Part shown: positions 19,970 to 30,124 of the stretch, piece after piece
Numbering within the stretch: the first letter of the stretch is position 1
How the letters are laid out: each line of letters starts with the position of its first letter
Assembly: GCA_048887225.1 (NCBI GenBank)
Contig: JBHLJY010000009.1
Location: forward strand, 1 to 64,000
Direction: 5' to 3'
DNA length: 64,000 bases
From: Candidatus Hodarchaeota archaeon
Lineage (GTDB): Archaea > Asgardarchaeota > Lokiarchaeia > Sigyniarchaeales > SOKP01
Position numbers and translations under genes: made by a program
Notes under the pieces: generated by a model
Database searches by the model: none
What the model was told of the DNA's origin: nothing
What the model saw: only the letters and a program-made list of their open reading frames with translations

Positions 19970-20938
19970 TTAATTTATTACTAAATGATTTTGACTTTGT
20001 GGCACTCCTAAAATATCTTTTAAAATGTGAAATTTCTTTCGTATTGTTGTACTTGAAAAACTTGTTGACTCTTCAATAAGACTCTGCGTAAATATTTTCC
20101 GTTTATCTTTTTCTAAAGTTTGTCCTATGTAATAAATTAATCCAGCTGTAAATGCTTTATAATTAAAATTTTTTAATTCTTCGTAAGAGATCTTTTTAAG
20201 CAATTTATCAGCTAGTAATTGCATATCAATCTTTAATTTATCGTATTCAGCTTTATCAGGCATATAATATCTAACTTTGTCATAAGAAATGTTATTTAAA
20301 TTTTTTTGAAATAGGATTTTTATTTTTTCTTTTATTTCTTTTTCAATATCTGCTTTAGTCTTTAACTTTTTCCACATTTTCTCAGTCTTTTTTACTTTTA
20401 GCATCGCATTATTAAGCATCTTTTTATTAATTTTATGTCCTAACTCGTTGCAAACTTCTATATATTGTTCTATACGGACATTAGTAGTTTCTTTAATTTC
20501 CATCCATATAATTGCAAGAAAAATAATTACCATGTTTTGGTATGTTCTTCGGTGTTTTCTATTAAATTTGAGATATCTTTTTTTTATTGCTTGAAATTTT
20601 ACTTGATCAATATTAAATCCATAATTCTTCAATAATTCAATCGTTTTTCGTTGTTCTGTAAAACTTGTTTCGTAATCTCTATACCACTTTTCGAGCATCT
20701 GAATTTTATCGTATTTTTGCTTGATAATAGGATCTTGTATAGCTTTTGAATCTCTTATTCTTATGTTTCGCTCATAATCTAATTGTGACTCTTTATATTG
20801 ACTATTAATTGGCATATCAAATTCGTAATTATCATCTATAGTTAAACCACAATCTTGACAAACGAGAAATCCGCCCTCACTTTTAATATTTTTGTGAGGA
20901 CATTCATTATTTGAATTATTTTGTCTCAGTTTTTTCAA
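19970..20938 (-). CDS. Divergent TFB/TFIIB-like protein
   Basis: Zn ribbon CPH...CQDCG, two cyclin-like repeats (AFTAGLIYYI), terminal FTQSLIEESTSFSSTTIRKKF matching the TFB HTH. Confidence 0.7.
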   Translation of the reverse strand: MKKLRQNNSNNECPHKNIKSEGGFLVCQDCGLTIDDNYEFDMPINSQYKESQLDYERNIRIRDSKAIQDPIIKQKYDKIQMLEKWYRDYETSFTEQRKTIELLKNYGFNIDQVKFQAIKKRYLKFNRKHRRTYQNMVIIFLAIIWMEIKETTNVRIEQYIEVCNELGHKINKKMLNNAMLKVKKTEKMWKKLKTKADIEKEIKEKIKILFQKNLNNISYDKVRYYMPDKAEYDKLKIDMQLLADKLLKKISYEELKNFNYKAFTAGLIYYIGQTLEKDKRKIFTQSLIEESTSFSSTTIRKKFHILKDILGVPQSQNHLVIN

Positions 20939-21092
20939 AGAAATAGCCCATTTAAAAAAATTTTTTGATCTTAAATTATTATAATTTCAATTGCAATAAA
21001 AGTAAAATTTCTATAAGAATTTTTATAAGAAATCGATCAAATTATAATTATTAATTTGTTTTTAATTGAGAAAAAAAAAGTGGTAAAAAAAT

Positions 21093-21659
21093 ATGGTATG
21101 GTTAGAAGAAGGATATAGGAAAATTCTTGTAATTTTTGGTATTCTTTTTATAATTCTTTCAGCTATAGAGTTATTTAATATTTATTTGCTTATGAATACC
21201 ACAATAAATTTATATGGTAAAAACATGCTTTTTCAGGAATTTATTTTCAACTCAACTATCGTTCCATTATCGGGAACTCTATTATTTATTTTTATCATAA
21301 TATCTATCATTTTCTTTTTAATAGTTGGAATTCTTTTTTTGAAAATTTCTTCAAAAAAAATTGTAGATAATAAACTCAGAGCTAAAAATATGCTTATGCT
21401 AGGAGTTTTAATTTTAATTTTTTCTTATGTTAAATTGGGTTATATAACTTTTTTAAATCGAACTGAAATTAATATCGGCGGTAAATTAAGAACATTCCAA
21501 CATATTATTTTTAGTTCTAGCTTTGGTCCTTTTTACATTAGTGTTATTTGGTTCTTTTTTATTGGAGTGGTTTGCTTTTATTTGATGAGTGGCTTAGTTT
21601 TTGGAGGCCTAGGGCTACATTGGTCGTTGGAACTTCAAAAACAAGAAAAAGAAGGTTAG
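21093..21659 (+). CDS. 4-TM membrane protein
   Basis: Four hydrophobic segments. Confidence 0.75.
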   Translation: MVWLEEGYRKILVIFGILFIILSAIELFNIYLLMNTTINLYGKNMLFQEFIFNSTIVPLSGTLLFIFIIISIIFFLIVGILFLKISSKKIVDNKLRAKNMLMLGVLILIFSYVKLGYITFLNRTEINIGGKLRTFQHIIFSSSFGPFYISVIWFFFIGVVCFYLMSGLVFGGLGLHWSLELQKQEKEG

Positions 21660-21703
21660 CTAAGTATAAATAATTTTTAAAATAATAATAGAGAATAATT
21701 TTT

Positions 21704-22645
21704 TTAGGTTAGCTTATCTCTAATTTGTTTTGCTCTACTACGAAGTGTTACCTCTGTTATTTTTGCAATTTCCGCGACTCGTGATTGGGTTTTACGCACA
21801 GCCCCGTCTTTAGCTGCTATGTAAATACATGCCGCAGCCAAACCTTTTGGATCTTTTCCTGTTCTCTTTAAACCATTTTGAGATGCTTGCTTCAACATGG
21901 TAATGGCATTTTTTTGAATATTCATTGGTAATTCTAATTCATTCCCGAATCGAAAAATTAAACTTTCAGCAGTAATGGGTTGATACCTTAAATTTAATTC
22001 AGATAATACCTCTCGGATAATCATAGCAAGACTTCTATGAACAGTTCTTCTAGGTGTTAATGACGCTTCGCAAACTTCATCAAGTAGACGTGGGAAATCA
22101 TGAACTCTAATAGCAGCATAAAGAGCTCCAGCAATAAAACCATTAATTGACCTTCCCATTGTAAGTTTTTTCTTAGCTACAAGAGAATAAATCTTCCACG
22201 CACTATCAGAGATATATTCAGGGATATTTAATTTAGAACAAAGCATTTTTAATTTCGGTTTTGCTTCCCAAAAATTCCTTTCAATACTCGAGATTAACGA
22301 ATTTTGAATTTTTGATAACCGTGAAAAAAGAGCTTGTTCTTTTGCACCAATTGACTTGCCTTTTGAATCAGTTTTAGTGTTGGGTAGCATAGTACGGGGG
22401 CCGAAGTCTCTCCATCGAGGTTCGGTACGTTTTCTATTCTGGATTTCTTCTACTGTGTAAGCACGTCTTTCATTTCCAACAAATTCTTTTTGATAAATCA
22501 TACCACAATTTAAACAAAGACGATTTCCATCTCTTACTTGAATAGATGGTTTACTGCAACATCCTTCTGTCTTAAGTGAATCATGATCATCAAGATTATC
22601 TTTATTTCTATTATTTCTTAAAAATTCGCGTTGTTGATAATTCAT
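21704..22645 (-). CDS. tfb: Transcription initiation factor IIB (TFB)
   Basis: CC...CLNCG ribbon, ERRAY reader, GRSI..FIAGALYAAIR, GKDPKGLAAACIYIA, TQSRVAEIAKITEVTLRSR. Confidence 0.92.
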   Translation of the reverse strand: MNYQQREFLRNNRNKDNLDDHDSLKTEGCCSKPSIQVRDGNRLCLNCGMIYQKEFVGNERRAYTVEEIQNRKRTEPRWRDFGPRTMLPNTKTDSKGKSIGAKEQALFSRLSKIQNSLISSIERNFWEAKPKLKMLCSKLNIPEYISDSAWKIYSLVAKKKLTMGRSINGFIAGALYAAIRVHDFPRLLDEVCEASLTPRRTVHRSLAMIIREVLSELNLRYQPITAESLIFRFGNELELPMNIQKNAITMLKQASQNGLKRTGKDPKGLAAACIYIAAKDGAVRKTQSRVAEIAKITEVTLRSRAKQIRDKLT

Positions 22646-22728
22646 TTTAAATCACTAGAATTTTCGTGAAAAAGAATGTGAATTTCGATGTTCAATAAAT
22701 TTTCGCTTTGATCTTCTTTTGATAAGAT

Positions 22729-22755
22729 TATGTTACACGAGTTACATATTTAAAT
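22729..22755 (-). promoter_or_regulatory. Candidate tfb promoter: TTTAAATA box abutting a TATGT-N10-ACATA / GTTACA x2 motif
   Basis: + strand tatgttacacgagttacatatttaaat about 85-110 bp upstream of the tfb start. Confidence 0.35.
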
Positions 22756-22959
22756 TTATTTGTTAAAATGCGATTTGTTTGTAATTTGTTTATCTATTTA
22801 ATTAGAAGATCATTTGAGTTTTTTATATTTTTCAATTATATCTTAATTAATTTTCATTTTGTTCAAAATTTTTTAAAAAACAAATTTTTTGAAATAGAAA
22901 TTAATAATAAAAATTAATTAAAAGATATTAATATCAAAATAATTACGAGGCATTTTAAG

Positions 22960-23475
22960 ATGGATTTTTATGATGTAATTAAAAAGAGGAGGAGTTATCG
23001 ATTTTTTAAGCCTGATCTGCCTGAAAGCGAAAAAATCGAGAGGATTTTAGATGCAGCGAGATTAGCTCCAACATGGGCAAATAAGCAAGGAGTACATTAT
23101 ATCATTGTTAAAGAGCCAAATAAAGTAAAAGCAATATGGGAGGCTATTGGTCAGAAACAAAAATTCTCAACAGCACCACTGTTTATTATAGGAATTATTG
23201 CTGAAAATGGTTCTGGGGCTAACATTAACGGGTTGAAATATTTCACAGTAGATTTTGGAATTTGTTTTGAGCATTTAGTTTTAGCAGCTACAGCCGAAGG
23301 TTTAGCATCTTGCTGGATTGGGTGGTTTAAAGAGGATAAAATAAAGGAAATATTAGAAATCCCTAAAAAATTTCGAGTTTTAGGATTAACGCCTTTAGGG
23401 TATCCACTCAAATTGAAAGGTGAAATAACGGATCGAAAATCACTTGAGGAAATTATTCATTATGAAAAGTACTAA
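22960..23475 (+). CDS. Nitroreductase family protein
   Basis: KRRSYRFF, ARLAPTWANKQ, LAATAEGLASCWIG, LGYP. Confidence 0.9.
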   Translation: MDFYDVIKKRRSYRFFKPDLPESEKIERILDAARLAPTWANKQGVHYIIVKEPNKVKAIWEAIGQKQKFSTAPLFIIGIIAENGSGANINGLKYFTVDFGICFEHLVLAATAEGLASCWIGWFKEDKIKEILEIPKKFRVLGLTPLGYPLKLKGEITDRKSLEEIIHYEKY

Positions 23476-23524
23476 ATTAACTAAAAAGATTAACAAAAAT
23501 AAAATAAAATTTTAGTTTTTAATT

Positions 23525-25243
23525 ATGAGATTAACAAGAATTAATTTAAATACAGAATCAATTGAAGATGAAAATATTACAAGCGATTCGAAATATTTTC
23601 TTCTAGGGGGACGAGGTTTAAGTTCTCAAATAGTTCACGATGAGGTAGATCCATTATGTAATCCATTAGGAAACAAAAATAAACTTATTATTGCCAGTGG
23701 ATTATTAACTGGAAGTCCTTTTCCGAATTCTTCCCGTACTTCTGTTGGAGCTAAAAGCCCTTTGACAAATGGGATAAAAGAAGCTAATGTTGGAGGTAGA
23801 CCATCAATCATGTTAGCTGTTTCTGGGATTAGGGCTTTAGTATTAGACGGAATTGCCCAGAATTTAACACTTATCTTAATTGATCAAAATGAAGCTAAAT
23901 TTGAAAGTGCTAAAGGATATGATAGATTAGGGAATTATGAACTACATGAAAAATTAAGAAAAAAGTATGGCGAAAGGATTGGCATCTATTCGATAGGACC
24001 TGCTGGTGAAATGATGCTGAAGAATTCGACTGTGTGTGCGAATGACTTAGAAGGATACCCGAGTAGACACGCTGCTAGAGGTGGATTGGGAGCCGTAATG
24101 GGATCGAAGAAGATTAAAGCTATTGTTATAATTCCACCAAAAGGCTCAAAAGTAAAGTTTCATGATCTTAAAAGATTTAGGGAACTTACCAAACCTTTTG
24201 CTCAATATTTAGCAGAATCAAGAGAGGTATTTTCAACGTACGGAACACCATTGTTAATGAAAGCTGTGAGTGGATATGGAGCTATCCCAACAAAAAGTTT
24301 TAGAAAAGGTTCCTATGAAGACATTGAAAAAATTTCAGGAGAAAAATTACATGAGCTTGTATTAGCTAGAGGAGGTAAAAAGCGTATTGCTTGCTGTCCC
24401 ACCTGTGCTATAAAATGTTCAAATATAATAGTCGATGAGAATGGTAATCACATAACCTCAAGCTTGGAATATGAGACCATGGCATTAAATGGCTCAAATT
24501 GTTTGATAAACGACCTCGATAGTCTTGCAAAGATAGATCATTTATGTGATGACATTGGTATAGATACTATTGAATTCGGTGTAACAATAGGTGTTGCTAT
24601 GGATTCGGGTAGAATCCAATGGGGAGATGCTGAAAAAGTATTTAAGATTTTAGAAGAAATAAGAAAGGGAACCGAAATAGGAAAACTTTATGGAAATGGT
24701 GTATGTCATTTAGGCAGCGAAATTGGTTTTGAAAGAATCCCTCATGTAAAAGGTCAAGGGATATCTGGTTATGACGCAAGGGTCTTCAAAGGAATGAGTG
24801 TAACATACGCTACTTCTCCTATGGGAGCAGATCATACGGCAGGAGCCGTTATTGCAGGAAGGGTAGCGAGAGAAAATAGAGATTATGGAGAACTTACTGA
24901 AAATGACCATAAATTGGAACTATCCTATGAAATACAGATTTTCACGACAGTTTTAGATTCTATGGGAGTTTGTTATTTTATTGGTCCAAGCTATAGGAAT
25001 ATGGAGCTAGTATCAAAAGCAATCAACGCCATGTATGGAACAAATTTATCTGTTGACGAAATCATTGGCATCGGTAAAGCCATTATTAAGAACGAACTCG
25101 AATTTAATGAGAAGTCAGGAATTACTCAAGATATGAATGATCTTCCTGAATTTTTCAGAAAGGAACCATCAGAACCGATAAAAAAAACCGTTACTATTTC
25201 TAAAGAAGATTATAAAGAATTCTGGAAAAAATTAGATGAATAA
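23525..25243 (+). CDS. aor: Tungsten aldehyde:ferredoxin oxidoreductase family
   Basis: GGRG, KSPLTNGIKEAN.GG, ARGGLGAVMGSKKIKA, CPTCAIKC, EYET, CDDIGIDTI, GADH. Confidence 0.9.
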   Translation: MRLTRINLNTESIEDENITSDSKYFLLGGRGLSSQIVHDEVDPLCNPLGNKNKLIIASGLLTGSPFPNSSRTSVGAKSPLTNGIKEANVGGRPSIMLAVSGIRALVLDGIAQNLTLILIDQNEAKFESAKGYDRLGNYELHEKLRKKYGERIGIYSIGPAGEMMLKNSTVCANDLEGYPSRHAARGGLGAVMGSKKIKAIVIIPPKGSKVKFHDLKRFRELTKPFAQYLAESREVFSTYGTPLLMKAVSGYGAIPTKSFRKGSYEDIEKISGEKLHELVLARGGKKRIACCPTCAIKCSNIIVDENGNHITSSLEYETMALNGSNCLINDLDSLAKIDHLCDDIGIDTIEFGVTIGVAMDSGRIQWGDAEKVFKILEEIRKGTEIGKLYGNGVCHLGSEIGFERIPHVKGQGISGYDARVFKGMSVTYATSPMGADHTAGAVIAGRVARENRDYGELTENDHKLELSYEIQIFTTVLDSMGVCYFIGPSYRNMELVSKAINAMYGTNLSVDEIIGIGKAIIKNELEFNEKSGITQDMNDLPEFFRKEPSEPIKKTVTISKEDYKEFWKKLDE

Positions 25244-25278
25244 AACGAATAGAAGCTGAAAAAAATTCTATTCATCTA
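25233..25278. terminator. Inverted-repeat element between convergent genes
   Basis: TAGATGAATA(25233-42)/TATTCATCTA(25269-78) and GAATAGAA(25247-54)/TTCTATTC(25266-73), with an A7 run in the loop. Confidence 0.35.
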
Positions 25279-25279
25279 T

Positions 25280-25843
25280 TTATATATAGTTTAACAAGCC
25301 CTTTTTCTTCATTTTAAACTCAGCAAAAATTATCAATATTATTCCAAAAAGAACAAGTGTTATTGGAACATGATTGAGAAGCCAAGGCAAGTTAATCATA
25401 AGGGAACCAATTCGAAAGAATGGTGTTATTACGAGATATCCAATTCCACATAAAACAAAAAGTAATTTTTCTTTCTTGTAAATGGAAAGGGAGAAGTGCC
25501 AGCATATCAGTAGCATTATATCAGATATCACCAACATTATGATTAATAACGTTGTCGAATCATTCGGACTCAATGGGAATGTTTCGAGTATTATTATTAT
25601 AGTATAAACACATAATATACTAAAAAATATTATAGCATGGTCAACTATAAAATTCTTTTCGAGCTTCAGTAAAATAATTAATAAAAACCATGGAATGATG
25701 ATTAAGAGAATTATCAGATATAGCAAAAGATTTGTCATTACGAAAACATAATCAAATATTAGCGTTATTAGCAATCCAAAAAGGATTAATATCATTCCTA
25801 ATAGGCGCATTAAGCTTTCTTTCTTTGCTTGGATATTTTGCAT
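25280..25843 (-). CDS. 6-TM membrane protein
   Basis: Six hydrophobic segments. Confidence 0.75.
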   Translation of the reverse strand: MQNIQAKKESLMRLLGMILILFGLLITLIFDYVFVMTNLLLYLIILLIIIPWFLLIILLKLEKNFIVDHAIIFFSILCVYTIIIILETFPLSPNDSTTLLIIMLVISDIMLLICWHFSLSIYKKEKLLFVLCGIGYLVITPFFRIGSLMINLPWLLNHVPITLVLFGIILIIFAEFKMKKKGLLNYI

Positions 25844-25952
25844 GATATTTTTAATATATATTCTAAAATTTTTAACAATTAGTAATTTTTTTAAAGAAAT
25901 CTCAATGATATATTTATTATTCCGAAGTGTGATTGTTTTTGGTGTTTATTAA

Positions 25953-26822
25953 TTGAGAATTGGAGCTCATATGTCTGTCACTGGTGGAAAATACATGGCT
26001 TTCCTTCGTGGGAAAGAACTAGGATGTGAAGCAATACAATTATTCGTCAGAAACGTTCGTTCATGGTCATCTAAGCCTCTTGAAAAAAAGGATATTGATG
26101 ATTTTCTTAAAAAAAAAGAGGATTTCAAAAATAAGATTTGGCCAGTTATTTCGCATAATAGTTATTTAATAAACCTTGCTAGTTTTGAAGAAGAAAAACT
26201 AGAAAAATCTTATAATGCAATGTTGGATGAGCTTAAAAAAGTAGATCAATTAGGTATAGAATTTGAAAATATGCATCCAGGTGTTATTCCTGTCGCAGAG
26301 AAAGATAAAATCTCAAAAAAAGACGCTCTGGCTAAAATTGCTGATCAATTAAACAAATTAATAAATGATACAAAAGATTCAAAAGTAATCATATTACTCG
26401 AAACAACAGCAGGACAAGGTAAAAGTTTAGGCAACAAATTTCATCATTTTAAAACTATTATAGACAAAATACGAAACAAAAATAGAATTGGAATATGTTT
26501 TGATACAGCACATTCATTTGCGGCTGGTTATGATTATACTACTAAACAAAAATATAATGTAATGTGGGAGGAATTTGATGACATAATTGGATTGAAATAT
26601 TTGTTTGCATTCCATTTAAACGATACCGATAAAGAATGTGGTTCAAGAATTGATAGACATACTCATATCGGACAAGGAAAGATCGGAAAAGAAACTTTTG
26701 CCTTCTTTCTTAACGATGGAAGGTTTAAAGATCATCCCGGTATATTAGAGACTCCAAAAGGTAAAGATATGAAAGAAGATATTATGAATCTAGCAACACT
26801 CAGGTCTTTAAGAAAAAAGTAG
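25953..26822 (+). CDS. nfo: Endonuclease IV
   Basis: IGAHMS, HNSYLINLAS, LETTAGQG, CFDTAH, HLND, DRH.HIG, ILETP. Confidence 0.95.
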   Translation: MRIGAHMSVTGGKYMAFLRGKELGCEAIQLFVRNVRSWSSKPLEKKDIDDFLKKKEDFKNKIWPVISHNSYLINLASFEEEKLEKSYNAMLDELKKVDQLGIEFENMHPGVIPVAEKDKISKKDALAKIADQLNKLINDTKDSKVIILLETTAGQGKSLGNKFHHFKTIIDKIRNKNRIGICFDTAHSFAAGYDYTTKQKYNVMWEEFDDIIGLKYLFAFHLNDTDKECGSRIDRHTHIGQGKIGKETFAFFLNDGRFKDHPGILETPKGKDMKEDIMNLATLRSLRKK

Positions 26823-26834
26823 ACTGTCCAATTA

Positions 26835-27245
26835 TTATTCCACCTCAAACCAGACAGGACTCTGATCGCCTACAACTCCGTTGTAATTAACTGTTAATTC
26901 TTCACCTTTTTCTACATCACGTATAGTAATATATTTTATTGCGATATTCGAATAATCGTATTCATATCTTAGATTTGGTTTGAAAGAATGATTAATAAAT
27001 TGGCATATACTTAATGCGATAGCTGCTTGATATTCTCCATCATATTTTGGATCATCCCATTCGAAAAAATAATTCCATAGAATGGTATCTTGTATTAATT
27101 CATATTCTTTATTCGGAATTAATATAACATGGGCCATCTCTATGATTATATCTTCTTTAATTCTTTGTTTGGCAAATACTCCTTTCCCCTTTTTTGAAGG
27201 AGGAGGAATAATCTTAACTTCAATCAAATCATTCATATAAATCAC
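26835..27245 (-). CDS. Stand-alone SET-domain methyltransferase
   Basis: KGKGVFA, INHSFKPN, RDVEKGEELTVNY. Confidence 0.9.
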   Translation of the reverse strand: MIYMNDLIEVKIIPPPSKKGKGVFAKQRIKEDIIIEMAHVILIPNKEYELIQDTILWNYFFEWDDPKYDGEYQAAIALSICQFINHSFKPNLRYEYDYSNIAIKYITIRDVEKGEELTVNYNGVVGDQSPVWFEVE

Positions 27246-27391
27246 TAAAGCAAACGCAAGATTGTTAAAATTAAATTAAAATTACTATATCAAAATAATT
27301 TATTATCAAATACAAGATTAGATTAACTTTTTCTATTATTAAATATCGTTGATTTATAAGGGGGGAAAAAAAAATCATATGAATCTTTATC

Positions 27392-27589
27392 TTAAGCAGT
27401 TTTGATTAAAATTATCTTTTCTATAGGTACATATATTAAATTATCATGATCTTCATCTCTGAATATTATTATATGTTCCGTAATTGTCTCAATTTTCCCT
27501 AAATGGACACAGTGTGGATCTGCTAAATCTTTTATATATATTCTTATCTTTTGCCCTTTTAAATCTTCAAATGTAGACCTAGGAATCAT
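27392..27589 (-). CDS. Small Sm/LSm-fold-like protein
   Basis: 65 aa: helix, then LKGQKIRIYI..GKIETITEHIIIF..IYVPIEKIILI beta pattern. Confidence 0.55.
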   Translation of the reverse strand: MIPRSTFEDLKGQKIRIYIKDLADPHCVHLGKIETITEHIIIFRDEDHDNLIYVPIEKIILIKTA

Positions 27590-27683
27590 AATGAAATCAA
27601 TCCATAATTTTTATTCAAAATAGCTATGTTTTTTAGTTCTTAAATTTTTTTGCTTTTTTAAGGGATTACTGAATTCGAAGTTA

Positions 27684-28271
27684 TTATTCTATAGTAGCAT
27701 GTCTTTTATCAATATCTTCTTCTGTAACTCCTAATACATTCATTAAAGCACCACCAATTGAATCTAAAACTGATAATACTGAAATGTCAAACAAGCTCGT
27801 ATATGGTGCAAATGTAATTTTTGAAACTGCTAAGTCCTTGCTTTTACCTTCGATTTTAATCACACAATCGGATAATTTTCCAATCGAACTATTTATATTA
27901 GCGGTTAAAAGAGCAATTTTTCCACCGATTTCTCTAGCTTTTTGAGCAATTGCTGTTGAAGAAGTTGTTTCTCCACTTCCACTAATTAAAACAAGTAAAT
28001 CGTTCTTTGTATATTGATATGTAACAGCATCAGAAACAAAACAAGATTTAATTCCCAAATGCATTAATCTTTGGGCAAAACATCGCCCTATAAATCCTGA
28101 TCTACCTGCGCCATATACAAATATTTTATTTTTTTTGTTTCTAACTTGAAGGATTAAATCAATTAAATACACAATATCGTTTTTATTAATAACATTAGAA
28201 TTTTTTCTTATTTGACTAGCTATTTCGTTCATAGTTTCGTCAAAAATCTCTTTCATTTTTTCACTACTCAT
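27684..28271 (-). CDS. hxlB: SIS-domain 6-phospho-3-hexuloisomerase-like protein
   Basis: VYGAGRSG, RLMHLG, ISGSGET, C-terminal RHATIE. Confidence 0.8.
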   Translation of the reverse strand: MSSEKMKEIFDETMNEIASQIRKNSNVINKNDIVYLIDLILQVRNKKNKIFVYGAGRSGFIGRCFAQRLMHLGIKSCFVSDAVTYQYTKNDLLVLISGSGETTSSTAIAQKAREIGGKIALLTANINSSIGKLSDCVIKIEGKSKDLAVSKITFAPYTSLFDISVLSVLDSIGGALMNVLGVTEEDIDKRHATIE

Positions 28272-28293
28272 AATCTTTTTCCCAATTTAATTA

Positions 28294-29535
28294 TTAATCT
28301 CTAAATTTTTCTGGATGAACACATTTCCGCCATTGATCTACGGTTTCTTTTGGTCCCAAACCAATTAGTAAATCTCCTTTTTCGAACACAAAATCTGGTT
28401 TAAAACTGTATATCCATTTGTTTTCTCGCTTTAAAGCAATTATATGAAAACCACGTTTATAGCGACTTTCTTGTAGCTCATTATAAGTTTTCCCTCTAAA
28501 AAATGAATCTTCCGATAAAGATTCTCTTACAACTATTTCTTGTGTTTCATCAATTGCTAATTGAAATATCCTATGTGGTTCAAATCCTTTAACTATATTT
28601 TCCGCAATATTTGCCGCAGCATCAGCAATTAATTCACATGAAAAAGCAATTCTCATTATTCCTGTAAGATCTCTAGGATATTCAAACAATTGAGCTAGAT
28701 CCAATAAGTCTTTTTCAAAAGCAATATTTAATCCGTCCATAAATTCTTCTATTTCTAAAATATCTTCCGCAACTTCATAATTATTAAAAAATAATGCTGC
28801 AAATGCTAATTCAATCATTGTCTCAGAAATATCTGTTATTAAAACATAGTTCCTTTTGAATTCTTCGAGTTTTTCCATAATCTCTGGATTTTTAAATTCC
28901 TCAAATGACTTGATTTCTTCATCTCCAATTTCAAATGAAAAAGGTTCATCATCGCAACATAATTTTTTCACATCTTTAATAGGTTGAATTTCACCTTTAA
29001 TAATTAATATATCATTTTCAAGAACCTTTTCGTCCTTACTGAAAAGCCATTTGTTGCTTCTTTTTATTGCAATTAAATCTACTCCATGTTTTGACCTAAA
29101 ATGAATATCCTTTCGATTTTGCCCTATAAATTCACAGCTTTTATTCACAATGATTTTAACAATAGGTTCAGGGACGATATCCCAAAAGATTTGTGTAAAT
29201 TGAGATATATCTGCATTAACATAAACAACACGAGCAATATCAGAAAGAGCATCAGATATTTTATCAATTGAATATCCTAAGACAACAATTGGTTCCAATT
29301 TTTTAGCTCCTTCGAATCCTCTGGGTCGTGATTGAATAATCTGGGTATTTAGGATGAATGTAAGCTCATGGATTCGTTGTTCAATTTTATATGCTTCATC
29401 TGCAAGCTCTTTACTACCAAATTTAATCGCACTATAAGCTAAATCGATCATTAAATCGATATTTTGCTTCATTTCCCTTAAAATATCTTTTAAGGATAAA
29501 GGCCGATATTTAAATTTCTTTTTTTTTGCCGGCAT
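28294..29535 (-). CDS. PhoU/TrkA-C (RCK_C) tandem-repeat regulator
   Basis: Two repeats of MIDLAYSA/MIELAFAA PhoU helices plus IAIKR/IALKR RCK_C. Confidence 0.85.
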   Translation of the reverse strand: MPAKKKKFKYRPLSLKDILREMKQNIDLMIDLAYSAIKFGSKELADEAYKIEQRIHELTFILNTQIIQSRPRGFEGAKKLEPIVVLGYSIDKISDALSDIARVVYVNADISQFTQIFWDIVPEPIVKIIVNKSCEFIGQNRKDIHFRSKHGVDLIAIKRSNKWLFSKDEKVLENDILIIKGEIQPIKDVKKLCCDDEPFSFEIGDEEIKSFEEFKNPEIMEKLEEFKRNYVLITDISETMIELAFAALFFNNYEVAEDILEIEEFMDGLNIAFEKDLLDLAQLFEYPRDLTGIMRIAFSCELIADAAANIAENIVKGFEPHRIFQLAIDETQEIVVRESLSEDSFFRGKTYNELQESRYKRGFHIIALKRENKWIYSFKPDFVFEKGDLLIGLGPKETVDQWRKCVHPEKFRD

Positions 29536-29572
29536 CTACTTTAATTCACTCATATTTTTCTATTCTTTAATT

Positions 29573-30124
29573 TTATATAAATATTATGATAAAAATTATT
29601 AGGAAAAGGGGTGTAAGAAAGTCTGCTAATGAAGTTATAAATGGAATCAAGAAGTTGTTAGGATCCTTACCCCTTTTAAAAATATAAATTGAACTAATGA
29701 AAAGTAAAACAAACATAAATATAAAAAGCAATAACACAGTGATTATTAAAATAAAAACTATTAGGAATGGATTAAAAATCTTAACTCCCGTTGTAATTGC
29801 AATAATATAGCTTATAAAAATTAATATTATCAAGCTCAATAAAATGGTTATTAATAGTCCGAAAAAATCTTCCTTTAATCGATTAGATTTTTGAATTTTT
29901 GGTTTAATAATACCGAGATATAAACTTGATGTAAGTCGAGACACCAAAACTGTGGATATATCTCCTATTAAAGAATTTAAAGCAGGTAATATTAGAAGCA
30001 TAATTGGAAGAGCATATAAAATCTCTTGATTGGTTGATAGTAATGTTCCTGAAAACAAACCAAATAATGAAGAAATAATAACAATAATAATGGATTCTTT
30101 GATTATTTTCAGAAAATATTTCAT
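29573..30124 (-). CDS. MgtE/SLC41 integral membrane domain (half 2)
   Basis: PALNSLIGD and DPNNFLIPFITSLAD motifs. Confidence 0.85.
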   Translation of the reverse strand: MKYFLKIIKESIIIVIISSLFGLFSGTLLSTNQEILYALPIMLLILPALNSLIGDISTVLVSRLTSSLYLGIIKPKIQKSNRLKEDFFGLLITILLSLIILIFISYIIAITTGVKIFNPFLIVFILIITVLLLFIFMFVLLFISSIYIFKRGKDPNNFLIPFITSLADFLTPLFLIIFIIIFI

